Shown one piece after another: positions 40,372 to 52,000 of a DNA stretch of 64,000 nucleotides (positions within the stretch are counted from its first letter, which is position 1; every line of letters begins with the position of its first letter). The notes beneath the pieces were generated by a model. It was not told the DNA's origin and did no database searches. It worked only from the letters and a program-made list of their open reading frames with translations. This stretch comes from Polyangiaceae bacterium. Its GTDB lineage: Bacteria; Myxococcota_A; Polyangia; Polyangiales; Polyangiaceae. The stretch lies in contig JBNKBE010000005.1 of NCBI GenBank assembly GCA_050287085.1, positions 96,001 through 160,000 of the forward strand. Direction: 5' to 3'. A program made the position numbers and the translations under genes.

Positions 40372-42609
40372 CTAGCCTGTAGGAGGCTCTGTGGCTCGAA
40401 ACTGCAGCTGCCCGTCCACCTCGGCCAAAGTGAGCGTCGCCCCAGAAGCGTAGGCGCCCGAAAGCAGTGCCGTGGCGAGCGGATCTTGAACGCGTCGAAT
40501 CAAGACCCGCTGCAACGGACGAGCGCCTCGAGCCGGCTCGTAGCCCTCGGCGACGAGTCGAGCCTTGGCCGCCGGCTCGACCTCCAAACCAAGTCCGCTT
40601 GGCGCCAGCATGCGCCTGACGCGCGCCAGCTGGAGCTCGAAAATGGCTTCCAAGTCGCGACGAGTCAGCGGACGAAAAACGACAACATCACCGATTCGGT
40701 TCAAGAACTCGGGCCGAAAGAAGGCCCGCAGCTCCTGTTGCAAGGGCTCCCCGAGTTCATCTGTCTGCGCGTCGCCGTGTGCGGCGATCACCTCGGCACC
40801 CAGGTTGCTCGTCATGATCACCACGCAGTGGGTGAAGTCCACGGTGCGCCCGCGCCCGTCGGTCAAACGACCGTCGTCGAGCACTTGGAGCAGCAGATTA
40901 AACACGTCCTGATGAGCCTTCTCGACTTCGTCAAAGAGCAGAACTGAGTAGGGTCGACGACGCACGGCCTCGGTCAGAAACCCTCCAGCATCACTGCCCG
41001 CATAGCCTGGAGGCGCGCCGATCAGGCGCTGCGCCATATGGCGTTCCATGAACTCGCTCATGTCCAGGCGCGTGAGGGCCTGCTCGTCATCGAAGAGCAA
41101 TTCCGCGAGAGCCTTTGCAAGCTCCGTCTTGCCGACACCGCTCGTGCCGAGAAACAAGAAAGAACCAATAGGTCGGCCCGCATCACGCAGCCCGACGCGA
41201 CTGCGACGGATTGCGCGACAGACGGCCGCGACGGCGGGTCCCTGACCCACTACGCGCGCCGCGAGACGCGCGTCCATATTCTGCAGCTTGTCGGTCTCGC
41301 GCTCGAGCAAGCGAGTCGACGGCACGCCGCTCATCGTTGCAACCTCGTCGGCGACCGCTCCGGACGTGAGCGTCGGACCCTCGGTGTTGCTCTCGAGTCG
41401 CAACGCAGCAGCCGCGCGATCGAGGACGTCAATGGCCGATCGCGGTAGCTGTTGCGCAGCCAGAAACCGAGCCGCCAAAGTAGTCGCAAGCACGGCCGCA
41501 GAATCAGGGATCACAACCCTGTGGTGTGCGGCGAGCCGCGCGGCTGCGGCGACCACGACTTGCTGAGCTAGATCTGAAGACGGCGGCTCAATCTGCAGCA
41601 CCGTGAAGTGGTGCGTCATGGATCCTTGCTCCGCCACCAGGCTGCGCACCTCAGCCGGCGTAGTGGTCATCAATAGCCGCAGTTGGTGCCGCACCATCGC
41701 CGACAGCAATGGTTGCAGCAGCATGGGCCCCCCCCCATCGCTGTCCCACAGCCGGTGCGCTGAGGCCAGCACGAGCACGGTGGTCGATGCCGACGCATCG
41801 AGCCTCTCAAGCAAACGCTCAAATGCGATGCGTGCTTCAACTCGAGAACGCACGCTTCCGAGAAACTGGTCGACATCCAACTCAAGAAAGCGAAGCTCGC
41901 CGAGCCCAGGTCGCTGAGCTGCGTGTAAGACAACGCCCCGTACGATCGCGCGTCGTCCAACCCCCTCTTCTCCGACGAGCAAAGCACTGCTTTGCTCCTT
42001 TCGAGCCAGCGTCACGAGCACCTGACGAATCTCGCGTTCACGCCCGACCACCGCCTCCAGCTCACCGCGTCGAGCAAGCTCGCTGAGACCCGATAGCCAG
42101 GGCCCCAGTCGTGACGACTCCTGGCGGGGAGCGAGCGACCGCGGAACTGAGCGCAAAGCTGGCAGAAAACTCCGCAAAGACCCGGGTCCAAGCTGAAAAC
42201 GTCCCAGCACTCGTCTGATGTCCTTGGCTGGCGCGTCACACAACGCAATCAGCAGGTCCTCGACTTCGACGCGATGTGACGGTTTCGCGCCCGCCAGACG
42301 AGACGGCACCTGTACCCGATGAATCAGTTCTTGTAGTTCGCCCGAGAGGAAGGCTGGCCCATCGCTCCGAGGGAGCGCCCGCAGAGCTGTCTCACAGGCC
42401 AATAGGAGCTCGCTAGGATCGGCACCGGCGCGCCGAACAACCTCGACCACGCCCGCGTCACATTCGAGCGCGGCCGCTAGCAGATGAACCAGCGTGACCT
42501 CCGCACTGTGACGCTCATCGGCAAGCTGCTGCGCTCGAATCACCCAAACGCGAGCATCTGAGGCAAACGCTGTCAGCGGCATGACCTCGGAAGACAAAGC
42601 AGGGCTCAT
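40372..42609 (-). CDS. ClpB/ClpA-like AAA+ protein with degenerate first ATPase domain
   Basis: Clp N-domain; D1 GEEGVGRR; D2 RVVGQ, GTSGVGKTELAKALA, DMSEFME, LLFDEVEKAH, FRPEFLNR, GARPLQR. Confidence 0.88.
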   Translation of the reverse strand: MSPALSSEVMPLTAFASDARVWVIRAQQLADERHSAEVTLVHLLAAALECDAGVVEVVRRAGADPSELLLACETALRALPRSDGPAFLSGELQELIHRVQVPSRLAGAKPSHRVEVEDLLIALCDAPAKDIRRVLGRFQLGPGSLRSFLPALRSVPRSLAPRQESSRLGPWLSGLSELARRGELEAVVGREREIRQVLVTLARKEQSSALLVGEEGVGRRAIVRGVVLHAAQRPGLGELRFLELDVDQFLGSVRSRVEARIAFERLLERLDASASTTVLVLASAHRLWDSDGGGPMLLQPLLSAMVRHQLRLLMTTTPAEVRSLVAEQGSMTHHFTVLQIEPPSSDLAQQVVVAAAARLAAHHRVVIPDSAAVLATTLAARFLAAQQLPRSAIDVLDRAAAALRLESNTEGPTLTSGAVADEVATMSGVPSTRLLERETDKLQNMDARLAARVVGQGPAVAAVCRAIRRSRVGLRDAGRPIGSFLFLGTSGVGKTELAKALAELLFDDEQALTRLDMSEFMERHMAQRLIGAPPGYAGSDAGGFLTEAVRRRPYSVLLFDEVEKAHQDVFNLLLQVLDDGRLTDGRGRTVDFTHCVVIMTSNLGAEVIAAHGDAQTDELGEPLQQELRAFFRPEFLNRIGDVVVFRPLTRRDLEAIFELQLARVRRMLAPSGLGLEVEPAAKARLVAEGYEPARGARPLQRVLIRRVQDPLATALLSGAYASGATLTLAEVDGQLQFRATEPPTG

Positions 42610-42771
42610 CACGAGGACGCTACCCCTTCGCAACTGGCGTCGCAAGCTCTCGGTCGAGCCCCGTCTCGGCCCACCTGGACCTCTGCCTGCGGCGCGAGCA
42701 CGCAGTCGCACAACGCGAAAAGCCCCTCGGTGAGGAGAGGCTCGTCGCTTCATCGGACAGCGAGAAGGCTT

Positions 42772-43080
42772 CTAGGGCTTGGCGTTGCCGGGCGCTTGAG
42801 CGCCTTCAGGTGCCGCCAATTCCTGTTCGAGTTTCGCAATCTCGTCCTCGAGATTCTCTTCGGTGATCTCGCGCTCGAACTGCTCCTCGAAATCTTCCTG
42901 CGTTCGCGTCGTGCGGGCGAGACGCTGCACAGGATCCTGCTCCTTGACCTGCTTCTTGGGCTCTGCAGAAGCCGTGGTCGCCGGCTTCGGCTCCGCGCTC
43001 TTGGTTTCCTGCTTCTTCTCGGCGTTGTTACAGGCCGCAACCAGCAGCCCCAACACCAGCCAACAACTGAGCTTTCCCAT
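42772..43080 (-). CDS. Small lipoprotein with acidic coiled-coil tail
   Basis: Lipobox LVAAC; EITEENLEDEIAKLEQEL. Confidence 0.7.
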   Translation of the reverse strand: MGKLSCWLVLGLLVAACNNAEKKQETKSAEPKPATTASAEPKKQVKEQDPVQRLARTTRTQEDFEEQFEREITEENLEDEIAKLEQELAAPEGAQAPGNAKP

Positions 43081-43085
43081 GATCT

Positions 43086-43973
43086 TTATTCTCCCTCACG
43101 TCCGCTAACGGGTGCAGTGGGCGCGGCCGTTTCGCCGGCTGAAGGCGGCTTCGTCGCCGCTTGGGGTGTGCGCTCCTGTTTTTCATCCGCGCGGGCCATG
43201 GCCGCCTGGTGGCGAGCGTTTTCTTTCTCCTCGAGCTTGTCGATGCGGGCTAGCAGCTTGACGTTTTCAGTCTCCTCCGCCAGTTGCCGCATGCGGTCCA
43301 GCTTTGCCGCCCGCTTTGCATGGCGAAGCAGTTCACTCCGAAACTGCGTCCGGGCGATACGCCCCCCGTACTGCTCGTGGAGCTTCTTGACGCGCTCGAG
43401 CTTTCGTTCCCGGCGAGCCTTTCGCCAAGCTTGGCGTCTTCGCGGATCGCTGATCCGCTCCGCGCGCGCCTCGACGCGGGTTGCGTATGCGTCCAGCTTG
43501 TCTGCCTCGTCGGTCTTGCCCTGCTTGCGAAGCTGCTCAGCGCGCTTCTTCAGCGCCTCGTGGCGCTTCTTGACGTTCGCTAGACGAGCCTGTTTCTGCT
43601 CCTCGCGCTTCTGCCGAAGCTCAGCCTGCTTCTTCCTCAGCTCCTCGCGCTTGGCCGGGTCCAATGCGCCGGGACGCAACGGGAACCGACCCATTGGGCC
43701 GTGAGGGTTTGTCGCGCTGTCTCCTGGAGCTGCGCGGCGCAAGCCCGGGGGGAGTGGCTTATTGGTCGCCCCATTCGCGGGCGCATGCGACGGCGGTCCC
43801 TTGGCGCCGGTCGCGGGTCCGCCGGGATTCGGCTTGGCGCCCGGCCCGGGTTGAGCCTTCGTCGCCTTGGGTCCCGCCCCGGGTGGTGGAGCCCCTTGCC
43901 CAGGCTGCGCCGCACTCTCCAGCGCCACAGTCACTCCCAGCAGAACGACTAGTGTTGTAATTGCTTTCTTCAT
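43086..43973 (-). CDS. Secreted Pro-rich / coiled-coil hypothetical protein
   Basis: Signal peptide MKKAITTLVVLLGV...SAAQ; Pro/Gly linker; long K/R/E-rich helical region; ends 5 nt upstream of the next gene. Confidence 0.7.
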   Translation of the reverse strand: MKKAITTLVVLLGVTVALESAAQPGQGAPPPGAGPKATKAQPGPGAKPNPGGPATGAKGPPSHAPANGATNKPLPPGLRRAAPGDSATNPHGPMGRFPLRPGALDPAKREELRKKQAELRQKREEQKQARLANVKKRHEALKKRAEQLRKQGKTDEADKLDAYATRVEARAERISDPRRRQAWRKARRERKLERVKKLHEQYGGRIARTQFRSELLRHAKRAAKLDRMRQLAEETENVKLLARIDKLEEKENARHQAAMARADEKQERTPQAATKPPSAGETAAPTAPVSGREGE

Positions 43974-44280
43974 TGCCTTCCTCGCTAATGCCGCAACAAC
44001 GACGCGGATGCGCAGTCCTGAGCCGCGCGCGGAGACTCTAGAGCGTCGAGACCACAAATGGAAGGCTCAGCACAACGCCCAACCCGCGGCCGGCCTCGTA
44101 CACCTCCTGCCTTGTGCTAGGCTCAAGCGGCTCAATTCCGGTGTGTGGGTGCTTGTGCGCTCGTCTTTACCGAAAGGCGACGTGATGGGGAAAGCGTGAC
44201 GTGCGGCGAGCGGGTGTCGGGGTTGGTTCGCGGCGCAAAAACCCTCACATTCAAGCTCCCACGGTACTAGTCTGCTGCAA

Positions 44281-45243
44281 GTGTACCTGGGTGACCTTCC
44301 AAACTGGTTCGTGCTCTGCTTCGGCGTGATACTCGGCCTGCTCTTTGGCAGCTTCCTGAATGTAGTCATCCATCGTTTGCCGCGAGGACAGAACATCGCC
44401 TATCCGCCCTCGACCTGCCCCGCGTGCGGCGCGCACATTGCACCCTACGACAACATTCCGGTCATAAGTTGGCTCCTGCTACGAGGCAAAGCCCGCTGCT
44501 GCGGCACGCGCATCAACGCTCGCTATCCTGCGGTGGAAATGCTCGGGGGTCTGCTGGCTGCCGCTATCCTGCATCTACTGGTACTACCGCTAGGCGACAC
44601 TACCCCTGTCGCCGTAGCGCTCGGCTGGTTCGCCCTCTACCTGACGCTGAGCTTGGCGCTGCTCGCGGCGTTGTTCATCGATCTCGAGTTCATGATCCTG
44701 CCGGATACGCTCACGTTGGGGGGCGCGGCCCTGGGTCTATTCTCCTTGCCCTTCCGAGATATCGACGTCACTGACGCCGTCGTCGGCGGCCTGCTCGGCT
44801 ACGGCTTGGTCTGGGGTGTCTTTCACCACGGCTATCGACTGCTTCGCGGCCAAGCTGGCATGGGCCTTGGAGACGCCAAGCTGTTGCTGCTCACCGGCGT
44901 GTGGTTCGGCTGGCAAGGAGTGCTTTTTGCACTTGCCGCAGGTTCCGTTCAGGGAACGCTTATCGCGATTGTCGTCTTCATGGCCCAGGGTAAGCTGGAG
45001 GAACCCGAAGCTGTCGCTCAGGAGCGCGAGGAGTTGCAGCGCACGCTGGAGACCCTTGATGAAGAAGCACGCCGACAAGTTCTGGCCGAGCTCGAAGACG
45101 ACTTGCTCGCGCACCCTCCGAGCGAAGGCCTCGCAGGGGCGCGCATCGCCTTCGGACCGTTCTTGATCTTGGCTACACTGGAGTTCATGCTGTTTTCTGA
45201 TCGACTCGCGGCCCTCTATTACGACTGGTTTCTTGTCACGTGA
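44281..45243 (+). CDS. pilD: Type IV prepilin peptidase / N-methyltransferase
   Basis: GSFLNVVIHRLP, CPAC, DNIPVISWLLLRGKARCC, FIDLE, GMGLGDAKL, AFGPFL. Confidence 0.95.
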   Translation: MYLGDLPNWFVLCFGVILGLLFGSFLNVVIHRLPRGQNIAYPPSTCPACGAHIAPYDNIPVISWLLLRGKARCCGTRINARYPAVEMLGGLLAAAILHLLVLPLGDTTPVAVALGWFALYLTLSLALLAALFIDLEFMILPDTLTLGGAALGLFSLPFRDIDVTDAVVGGLLGYGLVWGVFHHGYRLLRGQAGMGLGDAKLLLLTGVWFGWQGVLFALAAGSVQGTLIAIVVFMAQGKLEEPEAVAQEREELQRTLETLDEEARRQVLAELEDDLLAHPPSEGLAGARIAFGPFLILATLEFMLFSDRLAALYYDWFLVT

Positions 45244-45725
45244 AAGACGCTCGCCCCCCTGGCGGACAGTCCTCGGGCAACGGGCGAGCCCTCCACCGCT
45301 TCAGCCTGAGCTCCCTCTGCTGGATCGCTTCAGCCTGCGCGCATTCTGTGCCTTCTTTGCCCCTGAGACCCCACCCTGCTTCATCTCCGCTCGCGCCCAG
45401 GGCGGTTTTGCACCCACCTCCAAACGCGAGAATAGAAGAGGTCCCGCCCGCGCCGGATCCGAGCTGCGTTTGGTCCGACGGGTACTGGCGCTACGGACGC
45501 TCAGATTGGCAATGGCAATCCGGAACCTGGGTCCATCCAAACACTTGCTACCGCTCGAATACCAGTTGGGTATGGGTGGCCAGTGCCCAGTCGGAGGGGG
45601 CGCTATTTGCGCTGCCCACCGCGTGGTACGACACGGAAACGGACAAACTATGTCCGCCCCCACTCCCCTGCGAAAAAGCGCCCGCAGCCGACGTATCAGC
45701 GTCGCCGGCCCGCCAAGACAACTGA
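45240..45725 (+). CDS. Hypothetical lipoprotein with YXWGXW-like Trp repeats
   Basis: GTGA overlap with pilD; IASAC lipobox-like motif; PPNARIEEVPPAP...VWSDGYWRY...WQWQSGTW. Confidence 0.65.
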   Translation: MKDARPPGGQSSGNGRALHRFSLSSLCWIASACAHSVPSLPLRPHPASSPLAPRAVLHPPPNARIEEVPPAPDPSCVWSDGYWRYGRSDWQWQSGTWVHPNTCYRSNTSWVWVASAQSEGALFALPTAWYDTETDKLCPPPLPCEKAPAADVSASPARQDN

Positions 45726-45783
45726 GCTGAGGACAACAGCAGACTTGAACCGCGGCGGGCGAGCGTCGTAAAGCGCCTGCGGT

Positions 45784-46659
45784 ATGAATGAGCCCAGCGG
45801 CGTTCCGTGGACTACACGCCAGGTCATCACCTGGGCGGCCGACGACTTTCGGACGCGTGGTATCGACAGCCCCAGGCTGGAAGCGGAATTGCTGCTCTGC
45901 CACGTGTTGCGCGTCGACCGTATTCGTCTTGTCGTGGAGCCCGAGCGACCGCTGACGCCCGAAGAACTCAGCGCATATCGCTCGCTCATCTTGCGCCGGA
46001 GGGAACGAGAGCCGATCGCGTACCTGCTGGGCAGAAAGGAGTTCTACGGCTATCCATTCTTGGTCGACAGCCGGGTACTCGTGCCACGGCCCGAAACCGA
46101 GGTTCTGGTGGAGGTCGTGCTCGAGCGGACGCAGGGCGCGGCCAGCTATGGAAGACTACTCGACCTGTGCACGGGAAGCGGCTGCATCGCACTGGCCTTT
46201 AGCAAACAGCGCCCTACGTGGGCCATCACTGCCACCGACCTCAGTCCGGATGCGCTGGCCGTCGCGACTGAAAATGCGCTGCGACTCGGGTGCGCATCAA
46301 CGCTAGAGTTACTCTCCGGGGACCTCTACGCGCCACTCGCCAGTGACCAGCGCTTCGATGTCATCGTCAGCAATCCGCCGTATATCGCCCGTCCTGAAAT
46401 ACCAACCCTCATGCAGGACGTGCGCGACTACGAGCCTCATAGCGCGCTGGATGGCGGCCCCGACGGCCTCGAGCTGCTCCGGCGAATCGTTAAGCAGGCA
46501 CCATCTCGCTTGAACGATGGCGGGTTGTTAGCTCTCGAAGTGGGACACGACCAGGCTCAGCGAGTAGCCAGCGGGCTTGGGAAATCTGGGTTCAATTCCG
46601 TGGAGGTCCGGCGTGACTTCTCCGGCATCGAGCGCATAGTAAGCGCTCGAAAAGCGTGA
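45784..46659 (+). CDS. prmC: Release factor glutamine methyltransferase
   Basis: EPIAYLLG, VLVPRPETE, DLCTGSGCIA, SNPPY, EPHSALDGGPDGL. Confidence 0.96.
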   Translation: MNEPSGVPWTTRQVITWAADDFRTRGIDSPRLEAELLLCHVLRVDRIRLVVEPERPLTPEELSAYRSLILRRREREPIAYLLGRKEFYGYPFLVDSRVLVPRPETEVLVEVVLERTQGAASYGRLLDLCTGSGCIALAFSKQRPTWAITATDLSPDALAVATENALRLGCASTLELLSGDLYAPLASDQRFDVIVSNPPYIARPEIPTLMQDVRDYEPHSALDGGPDGLELLRRIVKQAPSRLNDGGLLALEVGHDQAQRVASGLGKSGFNSVEVRRDFSGIERIVSARKA

Positions 46660-46742
46660 GTCGCCACGGGCTGTATCCTGTCGGCGCGAGTCTAGCACCC
46701 AGGCTCACCAAGGCGGCTACCTCGCTCCCGCAGCGCCTCCCG

Positions 46743-47819
46743 TTACGTCAGCCACCGGCGTCGCATGCGTGCAAACGGACGCTCAATGTAGCGGTGCATA
46801 CCGGACGCGACGCCATAAGATGCAGCAGCCGCCAGCGCTTTTCCAGCAATACCAAGGGTGGGAAATAGCGTTTCAGACACTGCAAGCAACCACGTATGAC
46901 TCAGATACAACGAGTAGGATAGGATACCCACCCGCATCAGCGGGCGCGAGTTGAGCATACGAAACGGCCACCACTCGGGATAGCGTATGGCACATACGAA
47001 GAGCGGGATTAGCGCGACGCCTTGAACGGTGTAGCGGACCGTATGACGAAAGAATTCGTCGCGAATCAGGAAGGTCATCAACAACGCCGCCACTCCCATT
47101 GGCAAGAGCAGCCAGCGCCAACAACGATCCGAGAAACGACTCTCGTCCAGTACCGGGTTCTCCCAAAGCGCGAGAATGCACCCGAAGAGAATCGAGTCGT
47201 AGCGCGTATGAGTTGCGGTAGCGATGGCGTGATATGGATCTTCCCCGATGCCCAACATGAGCGCACGAACGCCGGGCCCGAGCACACACAACGCCACGAG
47301 GATCAAGGTGCGCCGCCCTCGAGATCGGGTGAGGGCGTGAATCGCCATGAAGATCCAGGGAAAGATCAGGTAGAAATGCTCTTCGACCGCCAGAGACCAG
47401 TAGGGTCCTGTCCCACTCGTCATCGGATACTCCGGAAAGAATATCAGATGATAGTTGGTGTAGTGCAGAAGGACCGAAATCGCTCCCTGAACCGAGCCCC
47501 GACTATTCAGCCCAAACCAGCTCGTCACGGTTGCAGCAACGAGGATCAGATAGGCCGGGGGCAGGATCCGGAACGCCCTCCGAACGTAGAAGTTGCGAAG
47601 CGATATCCGCCCGTATCTCGAGTGCTCCCGCCGGAGCAACGTCGTGATCAAGTAGCCAGAGAGAAAAAAGAAGGCCGTTACCCCGAACTGCGCTGGGACA
47701 TACTTACTGAGCCCGGCGTGGGCCATAAACACGAGGCCAAAGGCCAGCGAGCGAATTCCGTCTAGCGACGGAATTGTGAAGGATCCATGGGCTTGACTCG
47801 CTGTCTCGGTCCGGCTCAT
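46743..47819 (-). CDS. Acyltransferase-3 (OafA-like) membrane protein
   Basis: LDGIRSLA, FFFLSGYLIT, FYVRRAFRILP, WSLAVEEHFY, SYSLYLSH, IERPF. Confidence 0.92.
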   Translation of the reverse strand: MSRTETASQAHGSFTIPSLDGIRSLAFGLVFMAHAGLSKYVPAQFGVTAFFFLSGYLITTLLRREHSRYGRISLRNFYVRRAFRILPPAYLILVAATVTSWFGLNSRGSVQGAISVLLHYTNYHLIFFPEYPMTSGTGPYWSLAVEEHFYLIFPWIFMAIHALTRSRGRRTLILVALCVLGPGVRALMLGIGEDPYHAIATATHTRYDSILFGCILALWENPVLDESRFSDRCWRWLLLPMGVAALLMTFLIRDEFFRHTVRYTVQGVALIPLFVCAIRYPEWWPFRMLNSRPLMRVGILSYSLYLSHTWLLAVSETLFPTLGIAGKALAAAASYGVASGMHRYIERPFARMRRRWLT

Positions 47820-48378
47820 CGGCGTCTCGGGGCGGGAGACGCTAGCACAGTGCACAAGCCTGAATCGCCCCCTATCGTTCTCCTCGAGACACCGCTTCCG
47901 GCCCTCGTGCCGTCTGCACCTGTCATGATGTGGGACAGACGCCCCCCTCGCCAAACCAACACACTGGTTTTCGGACGCTGGAATGCACACGAATCGCTGC
48001 CCGCACCACAGGGCGCGTTAAGCCATCTCCTCCATTCGATGCTCTCCGGCCTCCCGAGACGGAGAGCTGCAACCCCGGAGTAACAGAGGCGGGAGCACCG
48101 TCCGTTTCGGGGCTCCTTCCCCGTTCCCCGCCCAGCGACGTGCGCGCCCCAGACCGTTATCCGCTACCACTAGTACAGACCTGTCATTGCTGCGGAGCAA
48201 ACCCCTAGGCAACTACGCCCTGGGCAAAATATCCCGGCTGCTGGCCCGCCGAGTTGGACGCCGCTGTGTTCCGCTGCGGTGCGATCGGGGCAAGCGTTGC
48301 GCGATCGCCATCGAACGCAGGGGCAGGGGTGTGGTACTGCACGCCACTATCTTCCGGGAGCACACACGGGTGAGAAAC

Positions 48379-48981
48379 ATGAAAAAGCAGCGACTCGTGA
48401 CTGCACTAGGCGTTCTCGCCGCTCTCATTGCCCTGGGCGCCACCGCGGCGGTGCGCACTACCACGCGCCCCCCATCGCAGGCCTCAGCCGCCGGATCCGG
48501 CTTGGTAGATCAGCGAGGGTCGCCCTTCGCACTGGACCAACTGCGCGGCAAGACCGTGGTGCTGAACTTCATCTTCACTCACTGCCCCGGCATCTGCCCC
48601 ACCCAGACCGCCGCATTGCACCGAGTTCAGCAAGGTCTACCCGATGCGGTGCGTGCTCGCGTTCATTTCACCTCCGTTTCGATCGATCCCGAACGCGATA
48701 CGCCGGCCGCATTGATGGCCTTCGCGCAGCAGCACCGGCTCGATCTCGATCACTGGACCTTTGTGACCGGAACGCGTCAAGAGCTGGCCGCTCTAGCGCA
48801 GCTCTACTCGGCGGAAGCGCTAGCACCGGGGGCCGATCCCCTCGGGCATCGCTCCGAGGTCCGCGTGTTGGACGCTGAGGGACGTCTAGTACAGACCTAC
48901 ACCGGTGTTCCGCTCGACGAGACGCGGCTCACTCGAGAGCTCCAAACGGTAGACCGTCTGTTTACCAAACACGCTGACTGA
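48379..48981 (+). CDS. SCO1/SenC family copper chaperone
   Basis: N-terminal membrane anchor; FIFTHCPGICP (CxxxC), SIDPERDTP, WTFVTG, GHRS histidine. Confidence 0.92.
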   Translation: MKKQRLVTALGVLAALIALGATAAVRTTTRPPSQASAAGSGLVDQRGSPFALDQLRGKTVVLNFIFTHCPGICPTQTAALHRVQQGLPDAVRARVHFTSVSIDPERDTPAALMAFAQQHRLDLDHWTFVTGTRQELAALAQLYSAEALAPGADPLGHRSEVRVLDAEGRLVQTYTGVPLDETRLTRELQTVDRLFTKHAD

Positions 48982-49058
48982 AGGCTCCGCCTATCGTTCG
49001 AGAGTCTGTGGCAACCCGCCGTGGACTCCCTACCCACCGGCAATACGAAAAACCATAC

Positions 49059-52000
49059 ATGGCACGTCGCACTCTCCTCTTGGCCCTGAGTTCGCTGATG
49101 GCGAGCTCAGCCGCCTTCACGGCAGCAGCCCAAACGCTCCCAGTAGCCATTCCCAATCCACCCGATCCGCTGATGGACGGGCTCGCTATCCCCGACGACG
49201 CGGCCAGCGTTGGCATGTGGTCGGAGAGTAAGAGTTGGCCACTCGTTTCAATTCACTCGGCCCTGCTCCCAGATGGCAGCGTGCTCACGTTCGGTTCACC
49301 CGTCGGGCAAGGCGCCCAAGATGGCCGCACCTTCGTCCGTTGGAACCCGTGGACGGGTACGACCACGACGACGCCAAACTCGCAGGGTGTCAACAGCTTC
49401 TGCGCCGCCGGCGTGTTGCAGCCCACGTCGGGTCAGATGCTTATCTCGGGCGGCAACGAGTCGATGTCGAGCACCTTGTTCGACTACCGAACGGGAACGC
49501 CGAATACCGATCCCTCGCAGCTGGCCGCGGACCGCTGGTACGCGACGATGACCATGTTGTCGGACGGCAGGACGCTCATCACCGGCGGCTCTTTCCCCTA
49601 CGCGATCAACGTCTGGCAGAACCCGGACTCGACGCAAAGCCTCGCCGACGTGTCGATGACGCCGGAGATCTACACGCCAGGCGCCGGGTGGAGCAGCCTG
49701 TTTGGAGCCAATAGTCGTACGGCGTTCGGTCCCGACTTCAACCGATGGTGGTACCCACGCCAATGGGTAGCACCCGACGGCAACGTCTTTGGGGTTTCCT
49801 CGGAGAAGTGGTGGCGGCTCGACCCGACGGGGGACGGTGCCATCATCGCCTCGGGCAATTTCAAGACGGGACGGGACGATACGACCCGTCCGAACATCGG
49901 CCCCACATCAACCGCCGTGATGTTCGACATCGGTAAGGTGCTTCAAGTTGGAGGCAATGCCTACACCAATGAACACGACGTGGTTTCGAGTGAACGAGCC
50001 ACTGTATTTGACATCAACAGTGGCAATCCCGTCATCACCGATGTGGCCTCCATGCAGTTCCGTCGCACATGGGTTAACTCCATCGTGCTTCCGACGGGCC
50101 AGGTCGTCGTCACCGGCGGCACACAATTTGGTGACCGCGGCGATCCGTATGCCAACTATCAGGCCGAGCTTTGGGATCCCGACACGGAAACGTTCAGCGG
50201 CCTGGCCAGTGCCAGTGTGATCCGCAACTACCACTCAACGACCATTCTACTCGAGAACGGCGCCATCTTTAGCTCCGGCGGAGGCGTCCCGGGACCCGTC
50301 ACCAACTTCAACTACGAAATCTACTATCCGCCGTACTTGTTCACCGCGGCAAACGGCCCCGACACCCTTGCGCCGCGTCCACAGTTGGTCTCCATCGAAG
50401 GCACCCGCTTTGCCCATGGCTCGAGTTTCGAGGTGGAGCTGGCCGACGGGAGCCCGCTATCACGTGTTGCGTTGATCGGCCTGAGTTCGACGACACACAG
50501 CTTCAACATGGGGCAGCGCTACGTTCCCGCGAGCTTTGCGCAGTCGGGCACCATGCTGACGGTGGAAGCACCCTCCGCTAATCTTGCCCCGCCCGGGTAC
50601 TACTTGTTATTCGCCGTCAACGACGCGGGTATCCCTTCCCGCGGCGTCATCATTGCCATTGCCGAGGGCGGCTGCAGCAACGATACCGAATGTGACGACG
50701 GCAACGACTGCACACTGGATCAATGCACCGACGGGCTGTGTTCATCCACCAATCAATGCACCGACCCCGTCGCGTTCTACCCCTTTGAACAGGGCGGTGA
50801 GGATGCCGCCAATCACGGCAACGACGCTACCCTGCAGGGTGGTGCGTCGATCGTAGCAGGACACAGCGGCAACGCCGTATCAATCGACGGCGGAGCACAG
50901 TACGTCGATCTGCCCGATGGGATAGTGAGCCAGTGCGAGGACTTTACCTTCGCCGCCTGGGTCTATCTCGACGACAATCAGGACTGGAACCGTATTTTCG
51001 ACTTCGGCACCGGTACCGATGTGAACATGTTCCTAACGCCCAAGGTCGGCGGACAGAACTCCGTTCGTTTCGCGCTCAAGACCCCAAGCATCGGCGCCGA
51101 AGAGCAGATCACTTTCGACTATCAGTTTCCGCTCGCTACCTGGAAGCACGTGAGCGTAGTCCTAGAGGGAGACCAGGGTCGCCTCTATATTGACGGAGCC
51201 GAAGTGGCGACCGCGACCATCACCGGCAATCCGATGGAGATGGGGGCCACTGGCAACAACTGGCTCGGCCGCTCGAACTGGCCCGATCCCCAGATGAACG
51301 GGCGCTTGGACGACGTCATCGTCTCGTGCCGTGCCTACACAGGAACAGAAATCGGCGCCCTAGCCGCGCCCTGTACCACCGGAGCAGAGTGCGACGACGG
51401 TGATCCGTGCACCGACGATCTCTGCGCCGACGGCAGTTGCTCGTACGCCGACAACGGAAGCTGTCAACCCTCCGACGATCCGCTCGCGACCTACGCCTTC
51501 GACGCGGGTCCGGGGGCGACCGACGGCAGTGGCAACGGCAACGACGGCGCGCTGATGGGTGGAGCAACACTGGCCGCCGACGGAGTCAGTAGCGGCTCAG
51601 TCGCCCTCAGCGGAGCCAATCAATACGTCGACCTTCCTGATGGAGTACTGGCCTCTTGCAGTGATTTCACTTTTGCGGGTTGGGTACGACTAAACACCAA
51701 GGCCGACTGGAGTCGCATCTTCGACTTCGGCTCCAGCACCACGACGAACATGTTCTTGACCCCCAAGGTGGGTGGTGCCGACACTGTTCGCTTCGCCATC
51801 AAAGTGCCAGGCATCAACAACGGCTTCGAAGAGCAGATATCGGCTCCATTCGCCTTCCCCTTGGGGACATGGACACATGTCGCAGTGGTACTTGACGGCG
51901 ATACGGGGACCTTGTTCATCGATGGAACTGCAGTCGCCACCAACACCATTGCAGGTGACCCAAGCGCGCTCGGTAGCACCATCAACAACTGGCTCGGCCG

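Noticed and set aside
48195..48245. c-di-GMP-I riboswitch-like GCAAA...GCAA...GGCAAAA upstream of SCO
   Set aside because: Only a 3-bp stem around the tetraloop and no convincing second hairpin or receptor.
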